Source of the DNA: a virus
Length of the DNA: 64,000 bases
Virus record (IMG/VR): IMGVR_UViG_3300042463_000890
Coordinates: 22,649-86,648 of that record
Reading direction: 5' to 3' (one strand)
This document shows positions 29,862 through 39,596 of the stretch, in pieces. Made by a program: the position numbers and the translations under genes. How positions within the stretch are numbered: the first letter of the stretch is position 1; the number at the start of each line of letters is the position of its first letter. The notes beneath the pieces are model-generated. The model saw only the letters and a list, made by a program, of their open reading frames with translations. It was not told the origin of the DNA and searched no databases.

Positions 29862-30550
29862 AATTTGTCCGCAATTTTAATTGTGTCTTCATTAAATGGA
29901 CCATTATCGTGTACGATGATTGGGTCATAACCATTAATTTTTACTTTATTATTATTCAATTCTATATTTTTTTTGGAGTTAAGTGAACTCATGAAAAATT
30001 CACAATTATAGTCTATTAAAATATCATCATGAAGGAGATACTCAATAGACCATTTACCTTGGTCATCAATACCTGTGTCGTAAACTTCTTTGATTATCTT
30101 TTCTAAATGAAAAATAATTTTATCAACGTATCCAAAATATGTCCCAGAATTTAAGTATTTGTATTCTGATGTAATATTTTTTTTGTTATAAAGATGTGTA
30201 AATGAATTTGGTGGCCATAGACATTTCTCGGCCCCCATAATTATTGAACAATTTTTTTCTTTGAACTTATCCACAATATCTTTAGGTGAGGAGTAAAAAT
30301 TTGTGTCGGTCGCATCTAAAAATAATATGTAATCATAGTTGTTAATTATATTATTTTTAATATACTCCAATAACATTACCACTTTATAAAAGTAAAGTTT
30401 GTCATAGTATGAATCACCTTTAAATAAGTTATTATGTCTTATAACATGTATATCGTTTTTGTCAAAAAAATTTAATGCGTTTTTGTAAAATAGTGGGGTA
30501 TAACTATTTGGGTAATCAAACAACACTGTTATTAATGCGATGTTTTTCAT
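29858..30550 (-). CDS. PLOD/LH3-type glycosyltransferase domain protein
   Basis: LFLDATD, MGAEKCLWP, YLNSGTYFGY, DDQ, IVHDNG. Confidence 0.75.
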   Translation of the reverse strand: MKNIALITVLFDYPNSYTPLFYKNALNFFDKNDIHVIRHNNLFKGDSYYDKLYFYKVVMLLEYIKNNIINNYDYILFLDATDTNFYSSPKDIVDKFKEKNCSIIMGAEKCLWPPNSFTHLYNKKNITSEYKYLNSGTYFGYVDKIIFHLEKIIKEVYDTGIDDQGKWSIEYLLHDDILIDYNCEFFMSSLNSKKNIELNNNKVKINGYDPIIVHDNGPFNEDTIKIADKL

Positions 30551-31791
30551 AAGTTACCGACTAATCTTTCGCACCAACCTTTAGAAACTGAGTGAGGCCA
30601 AACAACCCAATACTTAGGTTTTTCTTTGGTGTTGAACTCTCTCCATATTTTACAGTACTTATCAGGGTCAGTCATCATTCTATTTATTTCATTAATATCG
30701 GCATCCCTTCTGAAGATAGTTTCATCTTTTTCATCGTGGAAAGCAACAACCCAAAAGTCATAATCTTTTTCAGGTACTTGACTAAAACTAACATCAATAC
30801 AATGTTTAAAAATTGACAAGAAACTATTTTCCCATTCCTCATCAGTTTCATATATTGTTGGATTTGGCGGATAATTTTTGTCGATAGTATACTGTTGTAC
30901 CGCTCTTTTTGAAAAACTTAATCCTGCATATATTTCATACTCTTTTAAGGTTCTCTCAGTTCCGAAACCGTATTTTCCGAAATCAATCGAGGTCTCACCG
31001 TCCATCCCAAAAAGTTGTCTATTCTTTTTATGTGAACTATCATTTTTCTTAAACCATTCTTTATCGTCATCCCACTGTTTGGTTCTATTTTTTCTTGTGT
31101 ATTCGTGCCAAATAACTGTTTTGTGTGGATGGAATAAATCATATCCGTGAGTGTAAGCTCTAACCGCGATTGAAATTTCTTCTCCATGGAAATAAAACTC
31201 AGGGTCGTGTTGAACCTCTTTTGCAAATTTACCTAAAGTAAAACAAAAATGTGCGGAATAAAATCTTGCAGGAACAGGTTCAGTTAAGTTTTCCCACCCA
31301 GGAATTGTTTCAGGTAAAAAGAAAACCGCTCCTTCAGGAATAAATCTGTCAAAAGCCATTCTCCATGGTTCTTTAACTCTACCTTGTGGGTCATTATCAG
31401 GGTCAAATGATGAAACGTATGATGTTAATAAAGGTTTTTCAAAACCTTTATCTTGTAATTGTTTAACCATATTGATTAAGGTTTCATCCCAATCTTTGTC
31501 AAACCTCATATGAGAGTCTAACTGTAATGTATAGTCTTCATCTTGGTACAATTGTTGAACTTTATTTCTTGCCCAACATACTCCTTTAGATTCTGAATAC
31601 AATACGTTTTCTACTCTAAATCTTTCGTCAGATTCAAATTCAGTTAATTCGTCAAATTTATCATCAGGGTGATATTGTCTACAAATACCAATTCTTAAAT
31701 TTTCAGGATGTTTTGCATTTTCCAACATGTCTTTTAATGTTGGTATTAATTGCGGGTCTCGATAAGACGCAATCTGAACAAATATTGTCAT
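30547..31791 (-). CDS. GT60-type polypeptide alpha-GlcNAc transferase (Skp1 Gnt1/OGNT-like)
   Basis: TIFVQIASYRD, SKGVCWAR, QLDSHMRF, FHGEEISIAVRAYTHGYDLFHP, HEY. Confidence 0.85.
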   Translation of the reverse strand: MTIFVQIASYRDPQLIPTLKDMLENAKHPENLRIGICRQYHPDDKFDELTEFESDERFRVENVLYSESKGVCWARNKVQQLYQDEDYTLQLDSHMRFDKDWDETLINMVKQLQDKGFEKPLLTSYVSSFDPDNDPQGRVKEPWRMAFDRFIPEGAVFFLPETIPGWENLTEPVPARFYSAHFCFTLGKFAKEVQHDPEFYFHGEEISIAVRAYTHGYDLFHPHKTVIWHEYTRKNRTKQWDDDKEWFKKNDSSHKKNRQLFGMDGETSIDFGKYGFGTERTLKEYEIYAGLSFSKRAVQQYTIDKNYPPNPTIYETDEEWENSFLSIFKHCIDVSFSQVPEKDYDFWVVAFHDEKDETIFRRDADINEINRMMTDPDKYCKIWREFNTKEKPKYWVVWPHSVSKGWCERLVGNL

Positions 31792-31839
31792 ATTACTTTT
31801 TTATCAAAAAATAAATAATGACATAAAAAAATAAATGTT

Positions 31840-33711
31840 TTATATTCCTCCTCCATCAGATATTGACCATAATTTTGTTCCTGTAAGATAAGTTCTACTT
31901 GCTCCTGCCGTCGCAATTGTGTACACAGAGTTTCCACCATTAAATGTTACACTTGATTGCAATGAACCTCCTAATGACGCCCATCCGTTAAGTAAAGAAT
32001 TATAATTAGGTGTTGATAATGTCACACCGTTAAACATATTAAACATTAGTACAACTGAAGAAACATTCCAAGAACCTAAATCTTGGTCAAATAATGGGGC
32101 GTTGTTAAACATATTATCCATGTTTGTGACATTAGAAACATCCCAGTTTCCTAATGGTTGGTTAAATGATGTTGCGGTGTTAAACATATTAGACATGTCT
32201 GTAACACCTGAAACATTCCATACGTCTATTGGTTTGTTAAAATTCGCCGTGTTATTGAACATTGAGGACATATTTGTAACATTAGAAACATCCCAATTAT
32301 CTAGTGGTTGATTAAAGTTTAATGCCGAGTTAAACATACTAGCCATGTTTGTAACACCTGAAACATTCCAAGTATTTAAATCTTGATTGAAACTTGATGT
32401 TATCTGGAACATCCCTGACATGGATGTTACAGATGATACATCCCAACTACTAATTGATTGGTTAAACATTGTACACTGAGAGAACATACTTGACATGGAT
32501 GTTACAGATGATACATCCCAAGAATCTATTCCTAACGACCCTCCATTATTAAATATGGTACAACTTGCAAACATACCAAACATGGTTGTAACATTTGATA
32601 CAACCCAAGAACTTAAATCTTGGTCAAATGACGAACATCCGCCAAAAGTACTAAACATACTTGTAATATTTGATACGTCCCAAGAACTAACGTTACTGAT
32701 TGTAGTTATAGATGTACATCCCCCTAAAAATCTAGCTAAATGGGTAACGCCACTTAAATTTAAAACATCACTTACTGAATTTAATGTTAGGTTAATACAT
32801 TGAGCAAAGGCGGAGTTACTTATAGTTGACGGACCTAAACTAAAACATCCCCATTGTAATATTCCTGTTATTTTTTCTAAATCCCCTGTCTGTTGGAAAC
32901 TCCATCCTTCTAATAAACCTGTAATAGTTATTGTGTAATCACCAGAAGATGAGTAAGTATGAGTAGTTTCAGGTTGATTCCATAATGTTATAGTGTCCGT
33001 AGGACCCCCATCCCCCCAATCAACAATAAAGTTATATGTTCCTAAGGAAACTAATGGTAATTTTACTTGATTTGATAACGTTGAGCCTGGAGAAGTATTT
33101 GTTGTATTCCAAGTACTTATAAACGCCAAATTAGGTGGTGTTTGAGTTGGTGTTGGAGTAATGGTAGGGGTTATTGTTTGTGTAGGTGTTATAGTTGGCG
33201 TCAAAGTTGGCGTTTGAGTAGGGGTTGCAGATGGTGGTGGAGGTATGGGGTTGCAAGCCCCTTCGGTACATGGTAATGATATGTCAAACACAACACCATC
33301 TTCCGCAAATGGTGAATTACCACAAACATATATTGTTGTTAACGCAGGAACAGAACCATAAAAATAATTTCCGTCACACTGAATGTACTCTATATTAACG
33401 GATGAAGGAGATATGTTTTCAAACTGAATACATCTACACTCTGAAGGAGTTGTTGTTGGAGTTAAAGTCGGTGTTGGGGTCGGTGTTGCGGTAGGGCAAT
33501 TATATAAATGTAAAAATTCGCACCCATTAGAATCAATCATTTTAACCATTACAGATGAAACAATATCTAACGGATACACCAAGGTATATAAAAAATTTGG
33601 CGGAAAACTAATTCCTGACCCCGCTAAAACACAATATGTGAGAGTATAATCACATACGTAGATATCATAAGGTCCTGTACCTGTCGCTCCTGTTATTTCT
33701 ATTTGATACAT
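31840..33711 (-). CDS. Putative virion protein: Thr/Pro linkers, PKD-like domain, DUF285/BspA-like repeats
   Basis: PTPTPT tracts; VDWGDG...THTYSSSGDYTITITG; about nine 25-aa WDVSNVTNMSSMF-type repeats. Confidence 0.75.
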   Translation of the reverse strand: MYQIEITGATGTGPYDIYVCDYTLTYCVLAGSGISFPPNFLYTLVYPLDIVSSVMVKMIDSNGCEFLHLYNCPTATPTPTPTLTPTTTPSECRCIQFENISPSSVNIEYIQCDGNYFYGSVPALTTIYVCGNSPFAEDGVVFDISLPCTEGACNPIPPPPSATPTQTPTLTPTITPTQTITPTITPTPTQTPPNLAFISTWNTTNTSPGSTLSNQVKLPLVSLGTYNFIVDWGDGGPTDTITLWNQPETTHTYSSSGDYTITITGLLEGWSFQQTGDLEKITGILQWGCFSLGPSTISNSAFAQCINLTLNSVSDVLNLSGVTHLARFLGGCTSITTISNVSSWDVSNITSMFSTFGGCSSFDQDLSSWVVSNVTTMFGMFASCTIFNNGGSLGIDSWDVSSVTSMSSMFSQCTMFNQSISSWDVSSVTSMSGMFQITSSFNQDLNTWNVSGVTNMASMFNSALNFNQPLDNWDVSNVTNMSSMFNNTANFNKPIDVWNVSGVTDMSNMFNTATSFNQPLGNWDVSNVTNMDNMFNNAPLFDQDLGSWNVSSVVLMFNMFNGVTLSTPNYNSLLNGWASLGGSLQSSVTFNGGNSVYTIATAGASRTYLTGTKLWSISDGGGI

Positions 33712-33712
33712 A

Positions 33713-34846
33713 TTATGGTCCTGGTTGAGCGAAAGGTGGGTAATTTAGTTTTAGATTATACGGTATTGGTAAAATACCAGGGCTTCCCGCATAAAATGAA
33801 TGGGTAAATGTGGTTATAATAGGTGAAGTACATGGGTTACCTCCAAAATTACCATCTGTTTGATAAATAAAAGTACCAACAAAATTTTCCCTTAAATGGA
33901 AATACACCGTATTACCAACAGGTATGTTTATATTACCAAATGAAATAAGTGTAGAACATTGTTGTAGTGTTTGAGTACTTAGTAAATTCCAAGTCGCACC
34001 TGTCGGAAATGGTTGTGTACCATCAAAATACGGTAATATTGCGTAATATAACCTGTACGATTGAGCTCCGTATAATGGGTCTAATGTACCTTGAATATTT
34101 AAAATGGCAACTTCAGGAGTTGGGGTTAGAGTAACTGTCGGTGTTATAGTAGGTGTAATAGTATTTGTAGGGGTAACTGTTGGTGTTGACGTATTTGTAG
34201 GTGTAATAGTATTTGTAGGGGTAACTGTTGGTGTTGACGTATTTGTAGGGGTAACTGTTGGTGTTGACGTATTTGTAGGGGTAACTATTGGTGTTGACGT
34301 ATTTGTAGGGGTAACTGTTGGTGTTGACGTATTTGTAGGGGTAACTGTTAGTGTAACTGTTGGTGTTGGCGTATTTTTACAATCCGTAGGAGTAGGAGTA
34401 GGTGTTTTAGTAGGAGTTGTAGTTGGTTTTACAGGTAAACATCCGCAAGGATTTGTACAACTAACTGTAGGTGTTGGTGTATGTGTTGGTGTAACCGTAT
34501 TTGTTGGGGTGATGCTTGGTGACGGGGTAAAACATGGGGTAAGTGTTGGGGTAACTGATGGGGTTGGGGTAGGTGTTGGGGTTTGAGTTTTTGTTGGGGT
34601 TAAAGTAGGTGTTGGTGTTGGAGTTGGTCTTGGTACATTCAAGTAATATACACAGTTGTTATATAAAGTCGTTATTGTGTAAATTCCATAAATCTTTTGC
34701 GGTGGTATTAATAATCCCGCGTTAAATGTAAAAGGTAAAATATGGTCCCCCAAATTTAAAACTAATTCAGTTCCCTGTGGATTGAATAATATATTTGCAA
34801 TCTCACCATCATAATTTATACTTTTTATGGTAATAATTTGTTCCAT
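33713..34846 (-). CDS. Mucin-like Thr/Pro-rich putative virion protein
   Basis: About 170 central residues almost entirely T/P/N/S/V. Confidence 0.7.
   Translation of the reverse strand: MEQIITIKSINYDGEIANILFNPQGTELVLNLGDHILPFTFNAGLLIPPQKIYGIYTITTLYNNCVYYLNVPRPTPTPTPTLTPTKTQTPTPTPTPSVTPTLTPCFTPSPSITPTNTVTPTHTPTPTVSCTNPCGCLPVKPTTTPTKTPTPTPTDCKNTPTPTVTLTVTPTNTSTPTVTPTNTSTPIVTPTNTSTPTVTPTNTSTPTVTPTNTITPTNTSTPTVTPTNTITPTITPTVTLTPTPEVAILNIQGTLDPLYGAQSYRLYYAILPYFDGTQPFPTGATWNLLSTQTLQQCSTLISFGNINIPVGNTVYFHLRENFVGTFIYQTDGNFGGNPCTSPIITTFTHSFYAGSPGILPIPYNLKLNYPPFAQPGP
34161..34349. repeat. 30-bp coding tandem repeat (encodes [10 protein letters not shown] units)
   Basis: gtatttgtaggggtaactgttggtgttgac repeated about 5-6 times. 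Confidence 0.9.
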
Positions 34847-34849
34847 TAA

Positions 34850-37800
34850 TTAAAACTTATTTTCTATCGCTAAACAAATTTCACCTTGTTCGTTTATTAA
34901 TCTTTGCATATCGGAAAAACTTATAAATGCGTAACCATTCTTACCCCATGAACGACCCCAACTATTTTTAATTCTAAATAGTTTAGTTCTTAAATCAACA
35001 CCGTTTATTACGTAAGCATGTCCACCAGCAATTCTACCACTAGCTTTAATTAAACCGTTTTTATTAGGATAGAACATACCTTGATACCAGTTGGTACCAA
35101 CAACTACTGGCCCTTTAACTAAAACCGTATTTATTAAAACCGATAAATCGTATGTCCATAGATATGACGAGATTTTTCCAGTGTTTTTCAAATATTTCGC
35201 ACCTCCTCTAACAGATGTTCCATCATAATTTTCACCAACCCATTCATCTAATCTTTGTGCTTGTTTATAAATTGTAGTTGGATTTATTATTGGTGGTACA
35301 CCTCCGTGTTTTATAGGACCGTCCTCAATCCAATGAGCCCAAGCATACCCAACACATTGAGGAGTATTTCCTTGATTACCCCACCATTCCTCTGAATCCC
35401 AATATTTTGAGGTTAATGTTGTCGGCCTAAATTGTAACCTATTTTCAATTAAAAACAATTTATCTCTTTTGTCTTCAATATAAATTCTACCTAACGGTTG
35501 TGGGTCAATATTAGTCGTTGTTGTAGTTGTAGGATTAAATGTTGTAGTTGTTGTAGTTGTAGGATTAAATGTTGTAGTTGTTGTAGTTGCCGTTGGTGTC
35601 GGGGTATCTCCTGTAGTGTATCCAAAATCATCAGGTAAACATTCTAAAGTAGTACAATCAGGACAATCAGGGTTAAACATCCTAAACGTATTTTTTAATA
35701 ACAAGAAATTATGTTTAACCTCAGGTGCAGATAAAGGAGTTACGTACATTCTAAACTGAGATATCGCACCTTCAAAAGTACCTGCAAAATTTTGTTCAAT
35801 TAATATATTTGTTTTTAATCCATTAAATGTTGTTCCTGTTAAATCGTTTGTTGGGAAATTTTCAGGGTCTTGCTGATACGGGCCAAAATATAAAATCTCC
35901 TCTCTTGTTACCAATGTTAATATATTAGTACTAGATGGATTTGTTATTACAGGAGTATCATCCCATTTAGCAATAATAGTACCCGTTTCATTTGTTAAGT
36001 TTGATAAAATCTGAGGTTCACCAAAACAATCTAAATAAGTTATATCAGTTGTAACATCTCCTATTGAATAATTCCATACAGAACATGCTCTAAATGTTAA
36101 GTTTTCTCTTAACCCCTGAGTACCCCCGCCCCAAGACACATTAAATGGTACTCCTACTTGTTTTTCTTTATCGGTGTTTAAAGCTCTTGGTATAATCTCT
36201 TCAAAATCTTCAATAGTCCAAAATAACTTACCATTTATATAAATTTTAAGTCGACCTTTTCTATATTTTTTTTCTAATAACCATTTTTCATTAAGATTAA
36301 CGATTTCTATTTTTTCGGCCTCTTCCGCTTCAGGACGAGTATATGGAACAGTAATTAAAGATGAAGTATTGTTAGCCAGTGATTGTAGGTATAACTTTTT
36401 TGTTATATCACCTAACCCACCTCGATACCATAAATCACAATCATCGAACCAAGTGTATCTTTCCCAAACCGCATCGACTTGGAACCAGTGTTCTAAGTCT
36501 AACCACGCAGGGTTTATTTTAAAACAATCAGGATAAATTGGTGGTGAACAATAATCTAAAACAGTGTAACCTGTTGTATATGTTACACCTGTTGTAGAAC
36601 AAGAACCTGTTGTTTCACAATCTCCTGTAAACAACAATACTCTTACCCCTATTTGAGGATTTTTAGGTTCTCCACATAATCTAAAGGACAACGCATTAGA
36701 TAATGAATCGTATAATGGGTCTTTTTCACAAGTATCTTCTATAGAAGTAAAACCAGTGTTAGGCGGACATGTATCACAATCGTTACAAGTTTCACATTTA
36801 GTACAAGAAGGTGTACAAACAGGAGGTAATATACAACCTTCTGATATTGGTGTAGGAGATGGTGTTGGTGTTGGAGTTGGAAAAATAACCGACTCACATT
36901 TATGAGTTTGACATTCCCACCCACAAGATTCACATTTCACCTCACCACAACCGCATCCACATGAAATACTTTTACTTGGGTTACCGTTACACTTATCACA
37001 ACCATAATTAACATGTGGGTCATGAACACCACCTTCAGACCTTGGTGGGTAAACAAATATACAACGACTATCTGTTATAGTTTTATTACAACAAGCACAA
37101 GTGGTTAATCCTGTTAAAGGTGTAGTTATACGAGTGTATCCCGTAAAACAATTTGGGGTCCCGTCAGCGTGATGGTAGAATTTATTTTCCGCTCTTGTAC
37201 CAAAATAAAAAAATGTATTTTTGTTTTTTGGGTATATTTTGTTTAGAGTGGTCTCACCAGGACCTGGAAAAAATTCATCCTCTAATCTTGGTTTGAGTAA
37301 CATTTCAACAGACCAACCCTTGTTCATCCTTTCGGGGAAGATATTATAGTCGTAACCAAATAACCTATAAAATCCTTGATAAAATCCTCCATATAATTCA
37401 TGGTACCTACCCTCAAAAGGACTAAATTTACTTACAACTTCATACAATACGACATCAGGAAATCCTGAAAATCTAACTATATCAAGAGCGGTATTTGCGG
37501 TTACTTGAAATAATTTTAGTCTTCTATCAAAACTTAATCTATCAAATTTTTCTGAATTACTTAATAAACCTTGAGTAAAGGTTATTGTTTGACCTGTCAT
37601 ATACTCAACTAATCCATTATCAACACCTGTTAATCCAATGTCACAAGAAGTTGACGATGTAAAACATTTTAAATCTAAATCTTTAGGATTATAATAATTT
37701 TGGGAGACAAAAATATTATCTCTATTATAATTTTTATAAGTTAAAGTTAAATTCTGAGCAGTTTCAGGGTTATTAATATCAAAATAAAAAGGTAATCTAT

Positions 37801-37951
37801 TACCATAAGTTTGCGCAATCAAATAAGGTGAAAATACCACCTCTTGATTAAAATCCATTTCATCACTAGTCAATGACATGTCATGAGCGTCTAAAGACAA
37901 CTTAGGAAACAAATTTGGTCTTACATATTGATTTATATTTTGACTCGCCAT
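34850..37951 (-). CDS. Large Cys-rich putative virion protein (LamG-like features) with a Thr linker and C-terminal papain-like C1 peptidase
   Basis: GWSVEMLLK...GRLKIYING...GAISQFRMYVTPLSAPEV; C-term NQGNTPQCVGYA, GGHAY, KNSWGRSWGKNG. Confidence 0.75.
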   Translation of the reverse strand: MASQNINQYVRPNLFPKLSLDAHDMSLTSDEMDFNQEVVFSPYLIAQTYGNRLPFYFDINNPETAQNLTLTYKNYNRDNIFVSQNYYNPKDLDLKCFTSSTSCDIGLTGVDNGLVEYMTGQTITFTQGLLSNSEKFDRLSFDRRLKLFQVTANTALDIVRFSGFPDVVLYEVVSKFSPFEGRYHELYGGFYQGFYRLFGYDYNIFPERMNKGWSVEMLLKPRLEDEFFPGPGETTLNKIYPKNKNTFFYFGTRAENKFYHHADGTPNCFTGYTRITTPLTGLTTCACCNKTITDSRCIFVYPPRSEGGVHDPHVNYGCDKCNGNPSKSISCGCGCGEVKCESCGWECQTHKCESVIFPTPTPTPSPTPISEGCILPPVCTPSCTKCETCNDCDTCPPNTGFTSIEDTCEKDPLYDSLSNALSFRLCGEPKNPQIGVRVLLFTGDCETTGSCSTTGVTYTTGYTVLDYCSPPIYPDCFKINPAWLDLEHWFQVDAVWERYTWFDDCDLWYRGGLGDITKKLYLQSLANNTSSLITVPYTRPEAEEAEKIEIVNLNEKWLLEKKYRKGRLKIYINGKLFWTIEDFEEIIPRALNTDKEKQVGVPFNVSWGGGTQGLRENLTFRACSVWNYSIGDVTTDITYLDCFGEPQILSNLTNETGTIIAKWDDTPVITNPSSTNILTLVTREEILYFGPYQQDPENFPTNDLTGTTFNGLKTNILIEQNFAGTFEGAISQFRMYVTPLSAPEVKHNFLLLKNTFRMFNPDCPDCTTLECLPDDFGYTTGDTPTPTATTTTTTFNPTTTTTTTFNPTTTTTTNIDPQPLGRIYIEDKRDKLFLIENRLQFRPTTLTSKYWDSEEWWGNQGNTPQCVGYAWAHWIEDGPIKHGGVPPIINPTTIYKQAQRLDEWVGENYDGTSVRGGAKYLKNTGKISSYLWTYDLSVLINTVLVKGPVVVGTNWYQGMFYPNKNGLIKASGRIAGGHAYVINGVDLRTKLFRIKNSWGRSWGKNGYAFISFSDMQRLINEQGEICLAIENKF
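35517..35589. repeat. 30-bp coding tandem repeat (TTTTTTTFNP) also present at 26199-26258
   Basis: ttgtagttgtaggattaaatgttgtagttg about 2.4 copies. Confidence 0.85.
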
Positions 37952-38001
37952 CTTTTTTATGATAAATACACCAAAACGAAGTATTTATTGATAAAAAAGG
38001 C
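37952..38001. promoter_or_regulatory. Back-to-back TATTTAT putative late promoters
   Basis: GTATTTATCATAAAAAAG on minus and GTATTTATTGATAAAAAAG on plus, each just upstream of an ATG. Confidence 0.7.
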
Positions 38002-38835
38002 ATGATAAGTTTTAATAAAGAATATTTCAGGAATAATTGTTATTTCTACTTAAAAGATAAAGGAGAAACTTTTTCTTTATATTATTCTGTTGCCGACACA
38101 TTAGTTGAGTCAAGAAAAAAAGACGAGAAAAAAGATTTTCCAAAAAATAAATTAAAAAAAGTAGAATCGTTAATAAAAAAATATTTTACATCTAAATCAA
38201 AACCTTCAAAAAAAGAAGTCGATAAGGATTTAGAGAACGTTGAGAAATCTGAAATAGATGAATTAATCGATTCTGACGGTACAATGTTAAGCTCAAGAGT
38301 ACCATTTTTGAATATGTACTTACACCCAAAGAAGACAATGGACCAAACTGTTGTTGCTTCAAGAATTTCTAATGACCCTGTAACAAGAGGTTATCGTGTA
38401 TATTGGGGTGAAAGTGAAGATGAAAAAGATAATGTTGTTTCTGAAATAGATTATTCTGACGCATTTGGTTATGAAGAAACCGAATATAAAGATTTTAACG
38501 ACACAGTTAAAACTTTAAAGAATATGGGTGTGGACAATGCCGTTGAAAGAGCTAAACAATTTGGTAAACTACCTAAACAAAAGAGAACAAAAGGTAAATT
38601 AAAACAAAGATTAGTTGAAAAGGGTTCTATAGAAGAGGAAGAGAAAAAAATGATGTCTAAAATGGTTGAAGATATTTTAGCAAAAAAATCTAAAGACTCT
38701 TCTGATGTTGTTTCTAAAAATGATGACGCGGTTAGTAAAATTCTTATGAGAAATTTAAAATCGATTAAGAAAATTGCGGAAAAAGAGGGGGTGAGTATAA
38801 ATAAATTAATAAACATCTTGAAATCAGATGAATAA
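38002..38835 (+). CDS. Hypothetical charged protein
   Basis: 277-aa ORF, first of the divergent operon. Confidence 0.6.
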   Translation: MISFNKEYFRNNCYFYLKDKGETFSLYYSVADTLVESRKKDEKKDFPKNKLKKVESLIKKYFTSKSKPSKKEVDKDLENVEKSEIDELIDSDGTMLSSRVPFLNMYLHPKKTMDQTVVASRISNDPVTRGYRVYWGESEDEKDNVVSEIDYSDAFGYEETEYKDFNDTVKTLKNMGVDNAVERAKQFGKLPKQKRTKGKLKQRLVEKGSIEEEEKKMMSKMVEDILAKKSKDSSDVVSKNDDAVSKILMRNLKSIKKIAEKEGVSINKLINILKSDE

Positions 38836-39298
38836 AGATTTATACGGACATAAAGTACCTATACCTGAAGAAGTTGTAAATTATTTACAACAATGTCATG
38901 ATGCCGCTAAAGGGGCGGATGAAAATACTGAAGGGTACAGAAGAAACATAGATTTGAGAGATAGTAAAGAAGTGACATATCAACAATTAAAAAGAATGAA
39001 AAACTTTTTTGATAATTTTAACGGTCATGATAACGATTTACCATTTATTTTAAATGGGGGTCATTATGTCAAAGGATGGGTTGATAGAACTTTAGGGGGA
39101 ATGAGAGATGGGATTGATTTAGGCAAAGAAATTAAATCTGAAGTGTTACCTAATCAATTTATCCAACAACATGATAAAAATAATATTAAAAACTTGAATA
39201 GACCAAGTAAAAGCCATTCAGATAACGTTGGGTATTACGATTTAGCGGTAACTGAAAGTTTAAAAAGAATAAACGATTTAATGAAAAAAATAATTTAA
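38828..39298 (+). CDS. Hypothetical protein (phage domain with G..R...L....VT...LKRM..FF...LNGG....W pattern)
   Basis: 156-aa ORF overlapping the upstream stop. Confidence 0.55.
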   Translation: MNKDLYGHKVPIPEEVVNYLQQCHDAAKGADENTEGYRRNIDLRDSKEVTYQQLKRMKNFFDNFNGHDNDLPFILNGGHYVKGWVDRTLGGMRDGIDLGKEIKSEVLPNQFIQQHDKNNIKNLNRPSKSHSDNVGYYDLAVTESLKRINDLMKKII

Positions 39299-39299
39299 T

Positions 39300-39596
39300 A
39301 TGGCAGTTAATGAACCTTTAAATTTTGAGCAACCAAGTAATGAGTTGTCATCAATTGCAGAAGCGGAAAGAAAAAAACTTCTACCTAAAAATGATTTCAC
39401 TAAACAGGCAAATGAATACTCATCAGTTAATAAAGATGCGTTGGCCGATGGTGATGATTATGGTAAAGGTACGGGTGTATTCTTAGATGTTTATAATCAA
39501 GGTGCGGGAGCGATACAAGATATTCTCGAAAGAAAAGCTGAAGTAGTTATTAACGAATATCAACCAAACAAACCGTACACAACACCAAGTGCGTAA
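39300..39596 (+). CDS. Hypothetical protein
   Basis: 98-aa ORF in the operon. Confidence 0.6.
   Translation: MAVNEPLNFEQPSNELSSIAEAERKKLLPKNDFTKQANEYSSVNKDALADGDDYGKGTGVFLDVYNQGAGAIQDILERKAEVVINEYQPNKPYTTPSA

Noticed and set aside
32000-32700. 75-bp periodic repeats as possible DGR template/variable repeats
   Set aside because: Explained by DUF285 protein repeats; no reverse transcriptase in the window and no adenine-specific mismatch pattern noticed
34161-34349. Regular 30-bp repeats resembling a CRISPR array
   Set aside because: No unique spacers; in-frame coding repeats of the Thr/Pro protein; no cas genes
34104-34586. 160-aa Val/Gly-rich plus-strand ORF
   Set aside because: Antisense shadow of the Thr/Pro codons
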